This document shows positions 154,213 through 168,172 of a stretch of DNA of 248,000 nt, piece by piece. Positions within the stretch are counted from its first letter, which is position 1, and each line of letters starts with the position of its first letter. Below the pieces are notes generated by a model, which ran no database searches, had not been told where the DNA came from, and saw only the letters and a program-made list of their open reading frames with translations. Both the position numbers and the translations under genes were made by a program. This DNA is from Wallemia ichthyophaga EXF-994 (taxonomy: Eukaryota; Fungi; Basidiomycota): assembly GCF_000400465.1 (NCBI RefSeq), contig NW_008806280.1:20001-268000 (forward strand). Reading direction: 5' to 3'.

Positions 154213-155319
154213 GTGGAGTTTTATGCTACAGACACAGCACCTCACCTCACTCACCCAGCACCTACAGCACACGCCAATTCACCGACGACAAGCTACCTAA
154301 ATGAATCTGAAATGGATATATTTGGCTCATTCCCTCTTTCATCCATCAACGATGATGATGATGCGCTTAAAGTGGTTAATTGCACTGAATGTGCGAGACC
154401 AGTCCAGAAGTCTGCGTTACAAGTACATTTGATTAACTGTGCTCAAATGAAACAAATATCGCAGCAAAACACAGCTATAAACACAACTACGAAGAGATCT
154501 AAAATTAAGAAGGAAGATACACCAACTCGGACACCTACACCTTCTGCAGAGAGCACACACAGCACAAACAACAGAAAGAGAAGACTGAGTGATGTCTCAC
154601 AGCAATCCACAACTTTGTCCGCATCCCCTCAAAAGAAGAGTCGCAAATTAGACGTCGATAAGCCGAAGAATAAGGCAGCCAACAACAAAGACAAAGAGAA
154701 GGACAAGGAGAAAGAGAAAGGCAAGAAGGACAAGGATGAGGGGCCAATAGACTTAGACAGTCAATGTGGCGTGATCAACGCCAAAGGTACGCCTTGTTCA
154801 CGTAGCTTGACTTGCAAAACCCACCCTATGGGCGCTAAAAGGGCGGTTGAGGGGCGTACTAAGCCATATGACGTGCTTACGTATGAGTTTGAACTAAAGC
154901 GTAAACCTGAATTGGCTGAGAAGCCATTACCCAAGGCTGTCACGCAGTTTGAGGCGGATAGGGCGGCGAATGGGAGGAAGAAAACTGGACAATCGGAGCA
155001 CACAGCGCAAACAACCACGTCCGCTCACGCTCCTATTACGCCCACAATCACACCTCGCTTACAACCACCTCACCCACCACCTATGCCTCCCAAACCAACA
155101 ATAGTGGAGAAGCCAGTTGGCGTTACATCGTGGGATGATTTCAGCAAATATGATGAACCGTTGCTGCCCGCTTCAGGAATTGAGCTCGAGTTGGAAGTCA
155201 CCAAGATACGCGCTGCCACGACTAGCCACCGCGCGCGTCCACTCGCAGCACCTGCTAATAGAATGGCGGGACTGGTGAAGAAAAGAGCGACACTCGGAAG
155301 ATGTCTGATGAAATGTTGA
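154213..155319 (+). CDS. SGF73: SAGA subunit Sgf73/ataxin-7
   Basis: CTEC..H zinc finger; QCGV..CSRSLTCKTH SCA7 domain. Confidence 0.85.
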   Translation: MEFYATDTAPHLTHPAPTAHANSPTTSYLNESEMDIFGSFPLSSINDDDDALKVVNCTECARPVQKSALQVHLINCAQMKQISQQNTAINTTTKRSKIKKEDTPTRTPTPSAESTHSTNNRKRRLSDVSQQSTTLSASPQKKSRKLDVDKPKNKAANNKDKEKDKEKEKGKKDKDEGPIDLDSQCGVINAKGTPCSRSLTCKTHPMGAKRAVEGRTKPYDVLTYEFELKRKPELAEKPLPKAVTQFEADRAANGRKKTGQSEHTAQTTTSAHAPITPTITPRLQPPHPPPMPPKPTIVEKPVGVTSWDDFSKYDEPLLPASGIELELEVTKIRAATTSHRARPLAAPANRMAGLVKKRATLGRCLMKC

Positions 155320-155378
155320 AATAGAAAATATTTAAAACAGTGTACTTTTACTTGTAATCTAACGTCATCTACCACCTA

Positions 155379-155822
155379 ATGCAGCAAAAGAGGCATAAGA
155401 ATGACGATGGAGAGGAATTGAGGCCGCAGAAGCGTAAAAGGGAGGGAATGCTAGAAAGATCGCTTTCTAATTTGCAGTTGGAGAATGTTGGAGAGAATGA
155501 GAACAAGGATATTGAAATGACAAAATCCGGGAGCTATGAGGCGGATAAGAATAGAATAGTAGTCTACGATATTGATGAATATCAAAGTGACAATGAGGGC
155601 GTGGGTGATGATAATCATGCTGATAATCAACCCAAATACAAGCTACCGAAGCTTTTATCCAATACTCACGATATTATGTACAAAAGCATGTGGCAGCAGA
155701 GAAAACAAGGGGAAGGAGAGAAGCAACTTGTTTTGTATAAGCCATTGCACATACCCACGCAAGGCACGCAAGAGACGCAAGGGACTGCGACTGATACAGA
155801 TGCAGTGGCCATGGAACAATGA
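155379..155822 (+). CDS. Hypothetical protein
   Basis: 147-aa ORF; QLVLYKP. Confidence 0.5.
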   Translation: MQQKRHKNDDGEELRPQKRKREGMLERSLSNLQLENVGENENKDIEMTKSGSYEADKNRIVVYDIDEYQSDNEGVGDDNHADNQPKYKLPKLLSNTHDIMYKSMWQQRKQGEGEKQLVLYKPLHIPTQGTQETQGTATDTDAVAMEQ

Positions 155823-155862
155823 GTATCTGAGTATCTGAATATATTCAAATGCATCTATATAT

Positions 155863-156756
155863 TTACCTGCTCATATCAAAATTCCTAATATCACAAACTT
155901 TACCAAATGTGTCTAGCTCTTGACGGAGAATATCCGTGATTTGTTTACGTGTTTCAATTTCATCGCCTTGTCCATTTCTAAGACTATTTAGGAGAGGATC
156001 TACCGTGTACTGAATAGGATCGCCCACATCCACCGTAATATCAGCGTTGAATGACGGAATAGCCGTATAAGGTCTACCATCGACAAACACGTCATTGAAC
156101 CCGGTGAGATGTATAGGGAGGATGGTGGGTGTATGCTCTGTGAGCGTGAGTACTCTACCCACGCCCCACCTGAATGGCCGCAGCGGTGAGGGTGTTATGT
156201 GTGGATTGAAATTGGGTGGAGGAACGTTAATCCTGCCTTCGGGGAACATGGACACCTGGTGAAACTCAATCAAGATATGCAACAGAGGCAGTCTATCCAC
156301 CCACCCACTTGGCTTCATCGAGCAACTGGGCCGCATGAGACACGGCAGATTGATCCACACCACTCCCTCTATACGTTTCAAGCACCTGTCCAGCTTGGAA
156401 GAAGGTCCGGAAGAGAGCATTGGTGAATATTACATCGGACGCGCCTAAAGTCCACCGCCTCCATTTCGGTTTGACGAGTGTGGATAGTGGAAGTATAGCT
156501 GGCCATAGTGGATCTTCTCCGCTGTCAAGTAGTTATTAGAGGCAATTAGGAGCACACTTGGCACCCACACTGCTCTGTGATTCGTTATCGTCAATACACC
156601 GCGATCACTCGATAGCGCTGCGTTGAGCTTGTCTGCCCCTCGCACACGCAGCGATCTAGTGCCATAGCGGTAGAAGAGCTTGGCTAGGCTGCTCACTGTG
156701 AGCATTATTGGGAGTGTTAGTCTGCTGCTCGGTGGTTTTGTTGCGTATTTCATCAT
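155863..156756 (-). CDS. TAZ1: Tafazzin acyltransferase
   Basis: TITNHRAV; MFPEGRIN; FRWGVGR. Confidence 0.82.
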
Positions 156757-156788
156757 TCTATACGACGTCTTCCTTGTTCAGGACAAGC

Positions 156789-157865
156789 ATGGCTACACAC
156801 ACGCAGACTGAAAATAGACAGCCTACGTCTATCATATTGCTGGGAATGGCTGGCAGTGGCAAATCCACCGTTCTCCAACGCCTCAACAGCTACCTTCACG
156901 CACAGAACGATGCACCATACGTAATAAACCTTGATCCAGCAGTGCGAGAACTTAACTACTCGGCGAATATCGATATAAGAGATACAGTAGACTACTCTAA
157001 AGTTATGAAGCAGTATAATTTGGGTCCCAATGGCGGTATCATCACGTCACTCAATCTATTCACAACAAAGTTTGATCAGGTGCTGGGATTGATAGAGAAG
157101 CGTAAAAACAGCGTCAACAACATTCTCATTGATACGCCTGGTCAGATTGAAATATTTACCTGGTCTGCATCCGGTGCGATAATCACAGACGCTATAGCTT
157201 CAGAGGTGCCGACGGTGATTGGGTTTGTTGTGGACACCCCACGCACAATGGCGCCAGCGACTTTCATGTCTAACATGCTTTACGCTTGTTCAATTCTTTA
157301 CAAAACTCGCCTTCCACTGCTTCTGATATTCAACAAGACAGATGTACAGGATTGCTCGTTTGCGAATGAGTGGATGACTGACTTTGAGTCATTCCAGGCT
157401 GCGTTGAGCAGTAGGAGCGCTACCTCCACCCACGCCTCCACCAACCAGAACGAAGAACCTAGCTATATGAACTCGCTGATGAACTCGATGAGCTTGGTGT
157501 TGGAAGAGTTTTACGCTAATATTCGATCTGTTGGCGTCAGCGCTATGACGGGAGATGGTATGCCTGAATTCTTTGACGCTGTGGACAAGTGCAGAGGTGA
157601 TTACTACAGCGACTATAAACCAGAACTCGACAGATTGCGCAAGGAGAGAGAGGAGAAGAGCGAGGCTAGCAAGCAGGATAGCATAGATAGGCTGATGAAA
157701 GATATGAAGACGGGTGGTGAGGAAGAGCAACCCATCGAATCTGATGCCAGTGAGGAAGAAGGCGAAACGTTAGATGCACAGGATATGAAAGAGAGAAGGG
157801 GTATGAATGCTACAGCTAACGACGTAGCTAATGATGATGGTACAAGCTGGCCTACAAACCGATAA
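156789..157865 (+). CDS. NPA3: GPN-loop GTPase
   Basis: [23 protein letters not shown]. Confidence 0.92.
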   Translation: MATHTQTENRQPTSIILLGMAGSGKSTVLQRLNSYLHAQNDAPYVINLDPAVRELNYSANIDIRDTVDYSKVMKQYNLGPNGGIITSLNLFTTKFDQVLGLIEKRKNSVNNILIDTPGQIEIFTWSASGAIITDAIASEVPTVIGFVVDTPRTMAPATFMSNMLYACSILYKTRLPLLLIFNKTDVQDCSFANEWMTDFESFQAALSSRSATSTHASTNQNEEPSYMNSLMNSMSLVLEEFYANIRSVGVSAMTGDGMPEFFDAVDKCRGDYYSDYKPELDRLRKEREEKSEASKQDSIDRLMKDMKTGGEEEQPIESDASEEEGETLDAQDMKERRGMNATANDVANDDGTSWPTNR

Positions 157866-158296
157866 TTGAAATGCATTTGCTATTTATTCTCGATATCCCT
157901 CTCACGTCAGCTGCGATTAGCCTATTGATATTGTACGATTGCGTGGTGTAGATTGAGTGCGCAATATCCAACTTGTCGTTGTCGACAAGATATTGCAATA
158001 ATTGGGGCAATTTAACTATCTGCTCTAGCAACACGGATTGCTTCAAATTGGTGGTGTCCTCAACATTCCCAATCAGTGCTAGTCGATCGCGTAAAGAGCT
158101 GGTAATTGGACTGAGCTCCTCTAAAGACGTCTTCATCACGGTCATATTATCAGAGGACTGTATCAGCTCGTAGTGATGATCGAAAATGAGCTGCTGGCGG
158201 GAATTCTCGAGCTGACGAATTGATTTATTAAGGCTATTCGATAGGCTGATGAGATCTTTTAAATTTAATTCTGACTTGTCGTTCACGGACATTTGG
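157852..158296 (-). CDS. Vps51-like tethering subunit
   Basis: [16 protein letters not shown]; IVKLPQLL. Confidence 0.6.
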
Positions 158297-158323
158297 AGGT
158301 TTCCTGTATCAAACAAGGACAAC

Positions 158324-158766
158324 CATGGTGTGTATTTACATTGAATATTCAGTGGATTCATTAAAATTCTTATTCTTATCAACAGCTCCCACTCACTCTA
158401 CTCAACGCTGCACAGAATAAGCCACTGCTGGTTGAGTTGAAATCAGGCGAAACTTTCAACGGCCATTTGATAGCCTGTGACAACTACATGAATCTCACAC
158501 TCAAGCAAGTCTTTCAAACCAGTCCAGATGGCGATGTTTTCTACAAAATTCCTGAGTGTTACATACGCGGTAATACCATCAAGTACATTAGAGTGGCCGA
158601 CGAGCTCCTTGATCAGATAAAGGCGACACAGGACAGGGACAGAGAGCAGTTCAAGAGTCAGAGAGGTTCCAACGACAGAAGCGATAGAGGTAGGGGTAGA
158701 GGCGGTAGAGGCGGTAGAGGCAGAGGCAGAGCTAGAGGTAGAGGATCACATAACAATAACCAGTAA
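158324..158766 (+). CDS. LSM4: Lsm4
   Basis: [20 protein letters not shown]; RG-rich tail. Confidence 0.92.
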
Positions 158767-158791
158767 CAGCACTAACAAAGTCATTTATATT

Positions 158792-159628
158792 CTACCCTAC
158801 CATACTCTTCTTGCGCCCACGAAGCCTGACATCATGTAACTTGATATTCACCTTGTTCCACTCGGCATCACCTACTCTGCGTGCATAGCTGTTGAGCAGC
158901 GTTGTGTACTCTGCTTCAAACGCCGGGTGTGTGCTTCCAAACGCCCTCTCGAGAACATAGAGATCAACAGCCCTATCTTCTGCGCTGGTGTAGTGCGTGA
159001 TAGGTTTGAGGGATGACAATCCAAAGTCTATGATATACACAGCATTCGGATGGTGTTTAAGGATGAGGTTCGATGTGCTATTCATGTGCATTAGCTGGTT
159101 ACTTAATTGTTCAAACCACCCACGTTAAATCACCGTGTATAATCCCCGACAGATGCAATACAGCTATCTGTTCACCGACAAGCTGCATAAGCGTGTCTCT
159201 GTCAATACCTACACTCTTCATATCCAGTCTCATCCCGTCATCAGCTTTCACTTGGCCTTCGGCTTTACTCCCCAGCCACTCCCGCACACTGTATCCATCC
159301 AGCCACTCCATAGCCACCATTCCATCACGACTATCTGTGAACACCACTCGCGGCACCTGCACACCCAGCGATTCTGCTCTGTTCAGCGCCTTCACCTCCG
159401 ATTGTATCCTTTGCTTATTTAAACTTCTATCCAGTGTCGCATGTCGGTATTTCTTCGGGAAGCGCCACTTGAGTATCATTGAACGCTCCTGCGATTGGCT
159501 CAAATACACCCTCTGCCGAACTGCTTAGATTGTCGCTCTATTTATACACTCCAACTAACCGCCTCCGCTCCTTGCTTTATCAGCTGCGATTCGCCCCGAA
159601 GCTCCTCGCTCGTCCTCGTATTCGCCAT
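158792..159628 (-). CDS. BUD32: KEOPS kinase Bud32
   Basis: QGAEA, IHGDLT, IDFGLS, RLRGRKKSMVG. Confidence 0.92.
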
Positions 159629-160179
159629 CACCGTTTCTATCAAGGAGTATATTAGTCGAGAGTTATTCCTCACGCTGATAAACTACACGCGAATATACTC
159701 TTTATCTGTCTCAAATATCCTTGTGATAGTGTTCTGCAACCTTCTACACTCGCATGGCCAATTGTGGCATGACGCAGGGTATGTGTATCGATTATAGGGC
159801 AAGCCCTGAGTTACAAAAGCCATTGAAAACCATTGCCTCCTCAAAACATCTTTATGATTGCTTGGATCTTTAGATGTCCATCACATTACGATACTATTCC
159901 TTGAGATGCTAGGATTAATCTCAGCGACCGTTTTATAGGGTTTTGTCAGCCCAGCTGTTTTGTCGTGGCTTTAAACCTAAGCACAGCAAACGCTCCCAAA
160001 CTTGTGTGTTGCACAAATAATAAATCAACACTGATTCACAGTACTCACTACTATACTCTTTTTGAGGCCATGGTAAAGAAGCAAATGTGTTGAATGGAGC
160101 GTGTTTATTTGACTGGAAAATTTTCAAGTTTCACCATGACCGTTCCACGTGGTCCACATGTTTGTGTCACCAAACATAC

Positions 160180-160900
160180 ATACTATCTTCAGCTCTGCAG
160201 CTCTAACTAATTTTCAATTACTCTTTCAACCCCATTATTTTAAACTTTGAAATGCACCTTGTCTACCCAAACCCCCGATTTCACAGTTTTGATGACCCCC
160301 ACTTCTCTATAGCTAGTTCTCTTCTTCAAATTATAAAGTGAGGCGAAATCGCAATAACAGTTCCCTTGTGCCATGTTCGAGTCCTGTAGACGCCACGCAT
160401 GTAAACCGTTTGTCGCAGATATTGAGCCGAATAACTGATATTTTTAGGTATTTGTAGTATCCAAAATGCATAATGCTTTGGATTCATCTATTAAGCGCGT
160501 TAAATCCTCTGTATCTATCATACAGGTGCTTCAGAGTGATTTCGGACCATTGCTTCCGACCAGCGTGTAGGGCGCAAGTCGGAGCTCCAGGGATCTAACT
160601 CTGACAAAATCATACTCATCTAATCCAGAGCAACCAAGGAACCTCTTTTATTTGGAGATCGTCAAAAGTCGTAAATCACCATCTAAGATGGTGGATATTG
160701 AGCGTAGGGTTGAGATGAGGACTTACTTGAAATGCTGAAATTGTCATACTAATGATGGTCTTGCTAGACTGTTCAAATTGGCAATAAATGGTATCCTTGC
160801 GTTCACCTTCTCACTTTATTGGCTATTTGTAGGTTGAGCTGAGCATATTCAATGAAATGGATAGAGCTGCACTATCTATAAAATTCTAAAGAGCTGTAGC
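160180..160900 (+). pseudogene. Copy 2 of the dispersed decayed gene family
   Basis: Homologous blocks (RDLTLTK..LFYLEIVKSRKS; IGYL*); multiple stops. Confidence 0.6.
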
Positions 160901-161059
160901 ACACATTCAAACCCGTCTGCTATCCTTTGAAATCGGTGATTTAAGTCGCAGATAAAGTATTTCCGCATCACAAAGAGGGCAGAGTTGTTGAAATGAGTTC
161001 ATACATTTGAAGATAACTCGTTAAAGCAAATAAACATGAGACATTAAAAAACTGGTTAG

Positions 161060-162700
161060 ACAGTACATGTAAGTCACACATATCTTCTCCCTTCTTGCAG
161101 CTTGCTAATGATGGTGGGATGTTCATATTTCCAATATGATCCATCTGGGTAAGTATATTTTTCGATCGATTCCTGATGCATTTCGATGCTATTGTGGGAA
161201 TGTGAGACTAGCAATGGGAATCCAAAACAACCCACCTATATCCACAACTTTTGTCCAGAGGTGCATTATATCTGCCATGTGAATTGACGCTTACCGGATA
161301 CTTGAAGTGTTCGTGTAGATGGTCGACCCACTCGACAACGTTGCGATCGAATGTGGGTGCTATGGAAATGAAATCGATCATGGACAAGTGAACAACGTAT
161401 TCACACAACCCGACACCACCAGCATGAGGACATACTTGAGAGTATTGAGTGTTAGTGAAGTGCGAGATTGAGGCTGAAACGATTTTGCCTACCTGGTACA
161501 CCGAACTTGGCAGCCAACAGCATCACTGCTAGGCATTCATTAACTCCAGCGAGACGACATGCATCTATTTGGAGAACATCTATAGCTCCTGCTTGAAGAA
161601 GCTGCTTGAATAGAACCCTGTTTGCGCAGTGTTCTCCAGTAGCTACTCCGATTCCGATATCTTTCAACCCTTTGCGTATTCTAGCATGACCCAAGACATC
161701 ATCAGGCATTGTGGGTTCTTCAATGAACCATGGTTTACATTGCTCGAGTTTCTTGACGTACGCTATAGCCTCTTCGACATCCCAAACTTGGTTTGCATCA
161801 ATCATTAAGACGTTGCCTGTGAATCAACGTGAGCAGGATAGACCAATTGCTTCTCAACTCACCAGTGGGACCTGCATTCTTCCCTTCAATAGTCTTAGCG
161901 TGTACCCGCTTATCCTTGTTCTGATACTGAGGATCGTCGATGATATCTCTGATCACCTTGGCTCGAGCCAAGTCATCATCCACTGAAACGCCGACTTTAA
162001 GTTTAAAATGGTTGAAGCCAAGATCGAGTGCCTCTTTTGTGAGTCTCTGAACCTTGTCGGTGGTGTAACCCATCCAACCGACACTAGTAGAATAAGCTCT
162101 TAAACCTTCTTGTAAAGCTCTTTTCTCGCGCTCAGTTTTGGTTGACTGCCTCTCGTGCAGCATTTGGACAGCTTCTTCAGGTGTAAGAGCATCGCTGAGG
162201 TATTTGAGAGAGCTACACTTGACAATCTCTTCAGGAGTCATGTCAACGATAAGCTTCCACAGAGGCTTATTGCGAGATCTAGCGTACATATCCCAAACAG
162301 CATTGGCTACAGCCCCAGTCGCAAGATGAATAACACCCTTTTCTGGACCAATCCATCGAAGTTGACTGTCTGAGGTCAGAAGCTCCCACATAGCACCCAT
162401 GTCAGAGAAAAGGCTCTCTATAGGCATACCGACGAGCTTATCTGAGAGCTGTTTGATAGCTTCGATGACTATATCGTTTCCTTTACCGATAGTGAAAGTC
162501 ATTCCAAATCCTTTGAGGGTATCAGAGGCAGCAGCATTAGAATCAGCATTGGGAGTAGTATTGAGGATGACATAAGCAGCAGAGTAATTGCAATCAGTGT
162601 TCATTGCGTCAGTGCCATCGCTGAGACGCGGTTGAGATAAGAGGGAGATGTGTAGGAACAACGCACCCAGAGAGAGAGGTGGGAAAGCGAATATCGTGAG
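161060..162700 (-). CDS. Enolase-superfamily sugar-acid dehydratase (L-fuconate/L-galactonate type)
   Basis: [36 protein letters not shown]. Confidence 0.88.
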
Positions 162701-163057
162701 TAGAATAGCCAGTAATAATAGACATGCTTGTGATAATGATGGTTGAGGTTCCTGTCGATTGCGCTTAAATAGGCGGTGCTTCGTGGCATCATTCGACCGA
162801 GAGATAATCGGGGTTGATTAAGGGCTGAATTGAATTATAATCTTGATTTTGCGAACGATAGGATTTAATTTGATATTTAATAGCAGATGATATCTGCTGG
162901 AGTCGGTTGAATGATGGGACGAAGAGGTAGCAGCCAGTAAGGAGTAATCTATGACATTGAAATGACGCAGTACTACTCAATGAGCACGATAAGAATTTGA
163001 ATAATCGTACGACATCGTTGCTCTCTTGAACATAACACATCACAGTGAATTAGAATT

Positions 163058-163900
163058 ATGAAATTTATTTTGGTAGCTATAGCCGCGTTAATCGCTAATA
163101 CCGTGGCTACTATCGACTTAGTCAAAACACGTATCCACGGTGTGGATGAATTGGGTTCGGATGTCCATCACTCGTCTTTTGGCAGCAGCGTGCAGTTGGA
163201 GCGAGACGCGAATGTGCAATACACCTTCTACACAGCTGCAGATGGAGACACAGTCACACCACACAAATCCATCATCAGCTTCATCGATTACGCAACTGGG
163301 CAGTACTGGGAAGACGTCGTTAGTATTCGAGATTCTGATGGCAGGGGTAGATACACGTTGAGAACAGTCAAATTCCCACTCAAAGCGAGCAACTGTCTTG
163401 TTAGGTTGTTCGTCGCAGCCAATGGCGAAAGCAGCGCATTTGATATTGGCACGCTTTCTTTTTCTGAAGACGCAGCAGCGGAAACAACAACCGAAAGCAA
163501 GACACCAGAAAAATCTATCCTTGCACCACTCCCTGAGATAACACACACATTCAAAACTGAACCAAAACATACACCTCTAGCTATCAGTGGGTTGGCTGCT
163601 ATATTCATCAATGGATTACCTTTGCTTGTGCTTCTAGGAGCTGTAAGTTAAGCGTGTGATGTTTAATCTCAACTAACGTAACACCCCCTCAGATATCATA
163701 CATCCCGCTCAACCTCAGACAATCTCACAGCAATCTCGCTTTCATTGGCACTATAATAGCCTTTGAAGGTCTCCTGCTTACATACTGGGTCAAGCTGACA
163801 CTATTTCAATTCATACCATTCGCTGTGCTCAACGGTCTTGCTCTCTTCGTATCGGGAAATCGAGCTTTAAGAGTATTAAAGAAGAGGCGCGAGGTAGCGT
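163058..163900 (+). CDS. SWP1: Oligosaccharyltransferase subunit Swp1/ribophorin II
   Basis: Signal peptide; PLPEITHTFK; C-terminal TMs. Confidence 0.7.
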
Positions 163901-163955
163901 AAAACATTTGTATTTCATTTACTCAAAATGCATTGATACTCTTCTCACCGCACTT

Positions 163956-164762
163956 TCAATGTCCACTTGGAGAACAATCGCAGCGCTGCCGGAGCATCTG
164001 CAGCCAGTCGGCAGTGAAACTATAGACAGACTGCGATTCATGCATCTCATCGAATATGCCAAAACACAAAAGAGAACTGGCTGGCTGAGAAGTGGCGTGA
164101 ATGGTGCAGAGAGTATCAGCGACCATATGTGGAGAATGTCGATAATGAGTTTGGTGTGTGCTGACGAACGCATCGATCACATCAAGTAGGCTGCTATCAT
164201 TACACTTAGGCCATTTCTAATGCCCCCTTAGAGCTTCGCAGATGGCCATAGTCCACGATATAGCTGAATGCATGTGAGGATGGCCTGATTAGCAAAAAAT
164301 ATTGGCCTCGCTTACTCTTCCTCTTTATAGTGTCGGTGACATAGCCCCTTCTGATAACATAACAAAACCAGTGAAGAATAATCTTGAAAGGGTGCGTTAC
164401 ATTTACGTCGTGCCATAATCTCACCAGCCTCATAGCAAGCTATGAATGACATAGTGCATAAATATCTCCATGGAAGTTATCAGGCGAGATACTTGATGGC
164501 TATTTGGGAGGTGAGTGTTCAAAACACTCATTGCGTCATTCACATTACGCAGGAATACGAGCAGCAGTCTTCCGCTGAATCCACCTTTGTCAAAGATCTC
164601 GACAGACTTGAAATGTGTCTGCAGGCATTCGAATACGAAAGGATACAAAACATCAATCTAAACGGTTTTTATACATCACTAGAAAGCATTAAAAACGATC
164701 AAGTAAGAATATATGCGGAGCTGCTGATCCAAGAAAGGAAACATTTGTTCAATATTACTTGA
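163956..164762 (+). CDS. HD-domain 5'-deoxynucleotidase (HDDC2)
   Basis: KTQKRTGW, ESISDHMWRM, VKDLDRLEM. Confidence 0.88.
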
Positions 164763-164769
164763 TAGCATC

Positions 164770-167720
164770 TACTTATCATTCCCGTCGACTTGATTGGCGT
164801 CATCGATTGCCTCCTCTATAATAGCCCCAGCTTCCCGTGTGGCTAACCATGCCTCTTCTGTCTTTGTGAGATTTTCTGCAGCTGCTACACCCTTTAATAT
164901 ACTAAGTTCACGTTTCTTGTGTTCTGTGCGACGAAGTTGACGGAGCATAAAGTCCTTGATGGAGATGAGTGGTGTGTCATTGGGAATTCTCGGTAGAGTC
165001 TGCTACTGTTAGCTCAACAAGTGCCGTCAATATTCAGCCTACCTCTAAGAAATTGAGATGCAAAGCTTGTGATCCTAGTAATGATGCTATCTCAGCAGAA
165101 AACACATCTCCATCAGCCATATAAACGTCCAATAAGATCCGCAAGAGGTGGCTTCGTAAAGGCGGCGCCACTGCCACCATTGAAGTGCGTGCCAGAGCAA
165201 CGAGCCAACAGTTGGAGAGGTGCGAATTGTCTATGCACTTTCTCGCCAAGCTACCGCTCAATATATAACCAGGAAAGGCGCAATAATGCTGCGATGTAAA
165301 TGTGTCTCTCAAGTTCCTTGCTAGTATATTTAAAGCTGCACTATGTTGCTCGAGCTGTGAATGGGCGTTAGCATGAGGTTGTCACACTTGCATGCTAAAC
165401 ACTTACCTTTCCAAGAATTACAGCCTTCTCGAATAACAACGTGCTCTCAGTGAAAGGGTGTAAAGCTGTTTCAATAGAATTCCAGTCAAGGTCGCTGGCC
165501 ATCTGTAAAAAAAGGAGTAATTTGAGACGAGAGATGATAGCATTCTTGGTCATTGGAGAGATTTCAGTGGTATCCAAAACTGCTGTGACATATTGAGCGT
165601 ATGACTGATCGTGCTTCTGCAACTTGTACTCCTCAATCAATCTCCACATATCCCCACTTATGTTACTGTCCTTCAATGCTTCGACGACATTCCCAATGAG
165701 CATGTCAAGAAGAGCCTGTCGCATTCCCGTATCTTCTCTGTTGCGCGCCAAGACGAGAATCTCAAGGTACTCCTGCTCAGCCACCTTGTCAGTCCGCCCA
165801 AGGGCTTCAAGTAATATTCCTTCGTCGATCGAAGTTCGCGGATGAGACGACAGCACTTGCAGACCAGCATTCCTGTCATACAAAATGAGCCATAAGCCGT
165901 ACTCAAGTAATAGATCCGCCTCTTCGACTCTGTTCAACAGCCGTATGATATCCCTAAGTGGATCAACCACGTCCTTATCAACGATTGTTTGTTCAATAAA
166001 TCTTTTGTGTATTTTGATAGCCTCTTTGATGTCTCCATGAGATTCATAGAGGCGGGATAGTGCAGCGTATCTGCCATATCTGGTGAACCAAGGCTCAGCA
166101 ATGGGTAGCAAGATGTTGTTGGAATTGTTTATAAACACGTTCAAAGCATTCCTATCTTTATCCGACCTCTCAGCAAATATAATAGCCAAGCACGTATCTA
166201 AAATCATGTCTGTATATGACTCTGATTCATGATAAGTCGCCTGCCTTGCTCGCCTCCTCCGTCTATGCTCCTTGCTGAGACATTCAAGTAGCATGCTTCT
166301 TGCATTTTCCATCAATGAGTCGTAAAGTTGTCGAACTGGCTCGTCGCTCTCAACGTTTAAATACGGCGAGTAGTTTTTTTCAAGATTGCCAACGATAAGG
166401 TCTTTTATTGTACGAGGTATATTTTCAATAAGATTGGCAATCCCCAAAGGAATCTTGACAAACTCATCCGGGTCGAATAAACCAGCGGTGAGGTCAGGAA
166501 ACCAGCTGAGGATGAGGCGAATGTCACATTGGGATTTAGAGAATAGAGCAGAGGCATCACTGAAGGATGTCGATCTAAATAGCTGGAGGGCTGCGTAAAG
166601 GTGAATGTAGTAACTTTCGAGTGAATCTGTAGGCAGACTGTTGGCGAGAGATAACGCCTGCTGTCTGGCGTTGTCGTTCTCCATATCCAGGAGGTATATT
166701 GATTGGTCGAAGATTGAGGGAGGAATGAAAGCGTGTATGCTGCCAGTGTCAGTTGCCAAGATGACTTGGGTCGATTCAAGCTGGGAAGAGGAGTTTGAAG
166801 GGCGGTTTGAAGCGTTTGAGTAGTCTACAGAGGTATTCAACAAAGGAAAAGAAACAAAGTGTAGCTGATTGGGTATTGATTGAGGAATGCTTAGACCGAG
166901 TGGAGTGGATTGGAGGAACATGGGATGTAAATGAGATAGGGATAGAGAATGAATAAGAGAATGTGTAATTGTGGAGTGGATCTGCAGAGTGTTGTTGCTC
167001 AGAAGGGTGAATAAGTGAGGGGATTGGTGCACAATGGATTTTATGGTTGAAGGGAATTGAAGAGGGCCGTGTTTGGGTTCACCAGAGTACGAGTCGATGA
167101 AGACACCAACAGCACCCAAATCGTTATGCGTAATCATTAAAAACTCGTCAGCGTCATCGATAGAGGTGATGGACGGAGAGCCTTCAAAGGGCAATAAGGG
167201 GAGGAGTACGGAGTTAGTGAGGTTGAGGAGGCTATACGTGTTTGCAGTATCAGCCAAGCAAATGACGTCATTGTTTATAGCTGAGTCTAAGTGAAGAGAA
167301 GGCAAAGGTAGTTCGTTGATGACGGTGAGTCTTGGACTGAGTTTGAGACGACCGATGCTGGACTGTCTGATGACTACGATTGAGTTGCTAGATTGAAGGA
167401 GTTTAATAACGTTTCTGATATTTGATTTCTGTGGGTTGTAGCCGTTCAAGTGGTATAAGACACCATCTGTATCGAGCATAACGAGCGAATTGTTGAATTG
167501 TAGAATCTGTTTAGGCGTAAAATCGAGGTTGATGTTATTGTACGTGTTATGCCTATAAGACTGGAATTGAAGCTGATTGGTCGATCCAACAATCAGCGAA
167601 TCATCTGCAAGCTGGGTCAGGGATGCAGAGGATGTAGCAATAGAACCGACTAAAATGGTACAAGATATTTATTGGTTTCGTTGTGTTTGTGAAATTATTC
167701 AGCTTGAATGGCTTGAGCAT
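164770..167720 (-). CDS. Vps3/Vps39/TGFBRAP1-like CNH-domain tethering subunit
   Basis: CNH-like N-terminus; EYLEILV; EKAVILGK; Cys-containing tail. Confidence 0.72.
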
Positions 167721-167799
167721 CTGATGGTCGTTGGTTGTTAAGCCATACGCTATATTGCTGCCTATGTAACGCTTGAATTACATCTTGGTGCTTTATAGA

Positions 167800-168118
167800 C
167801 TCTCTAAACTTAGGTTCCATCAGTAAATCCAAGTTGTGTAAGCAGTGCGGGTATGTTATGAATTTGATGTATTCGGGACTATTTATAAAGATCAGCTGGT
167901 TTATCTAAAACACCTTAAATTACCCACTCCCTCCAATAATTCAGGTACTTAATATATTTTATAAACTCCGGCTTATCAAAGTACCCTTGCTGGGCTAATG
168001 CGTGGAGATAGAATGGATGGGCCAGTGACTGCACAAACTCAAGCTCAATCTCAAATTTATTTCTATTTTCTGTTTTCTGTTTGTCTTGTGTATCATGTGT
168101 CTCTTTCTCCCCTTCCAT
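167800..168118 (-). CDS. SOH1: Mediator subunit Med31
   Basis: [22 protein letters not shown]. Confidence 0.9.
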
Positions 168119-168172
168119 TTGTTGTTCCCCAGTGATGGTGATGGTTCAATCAATACATGTACGTTTACATCT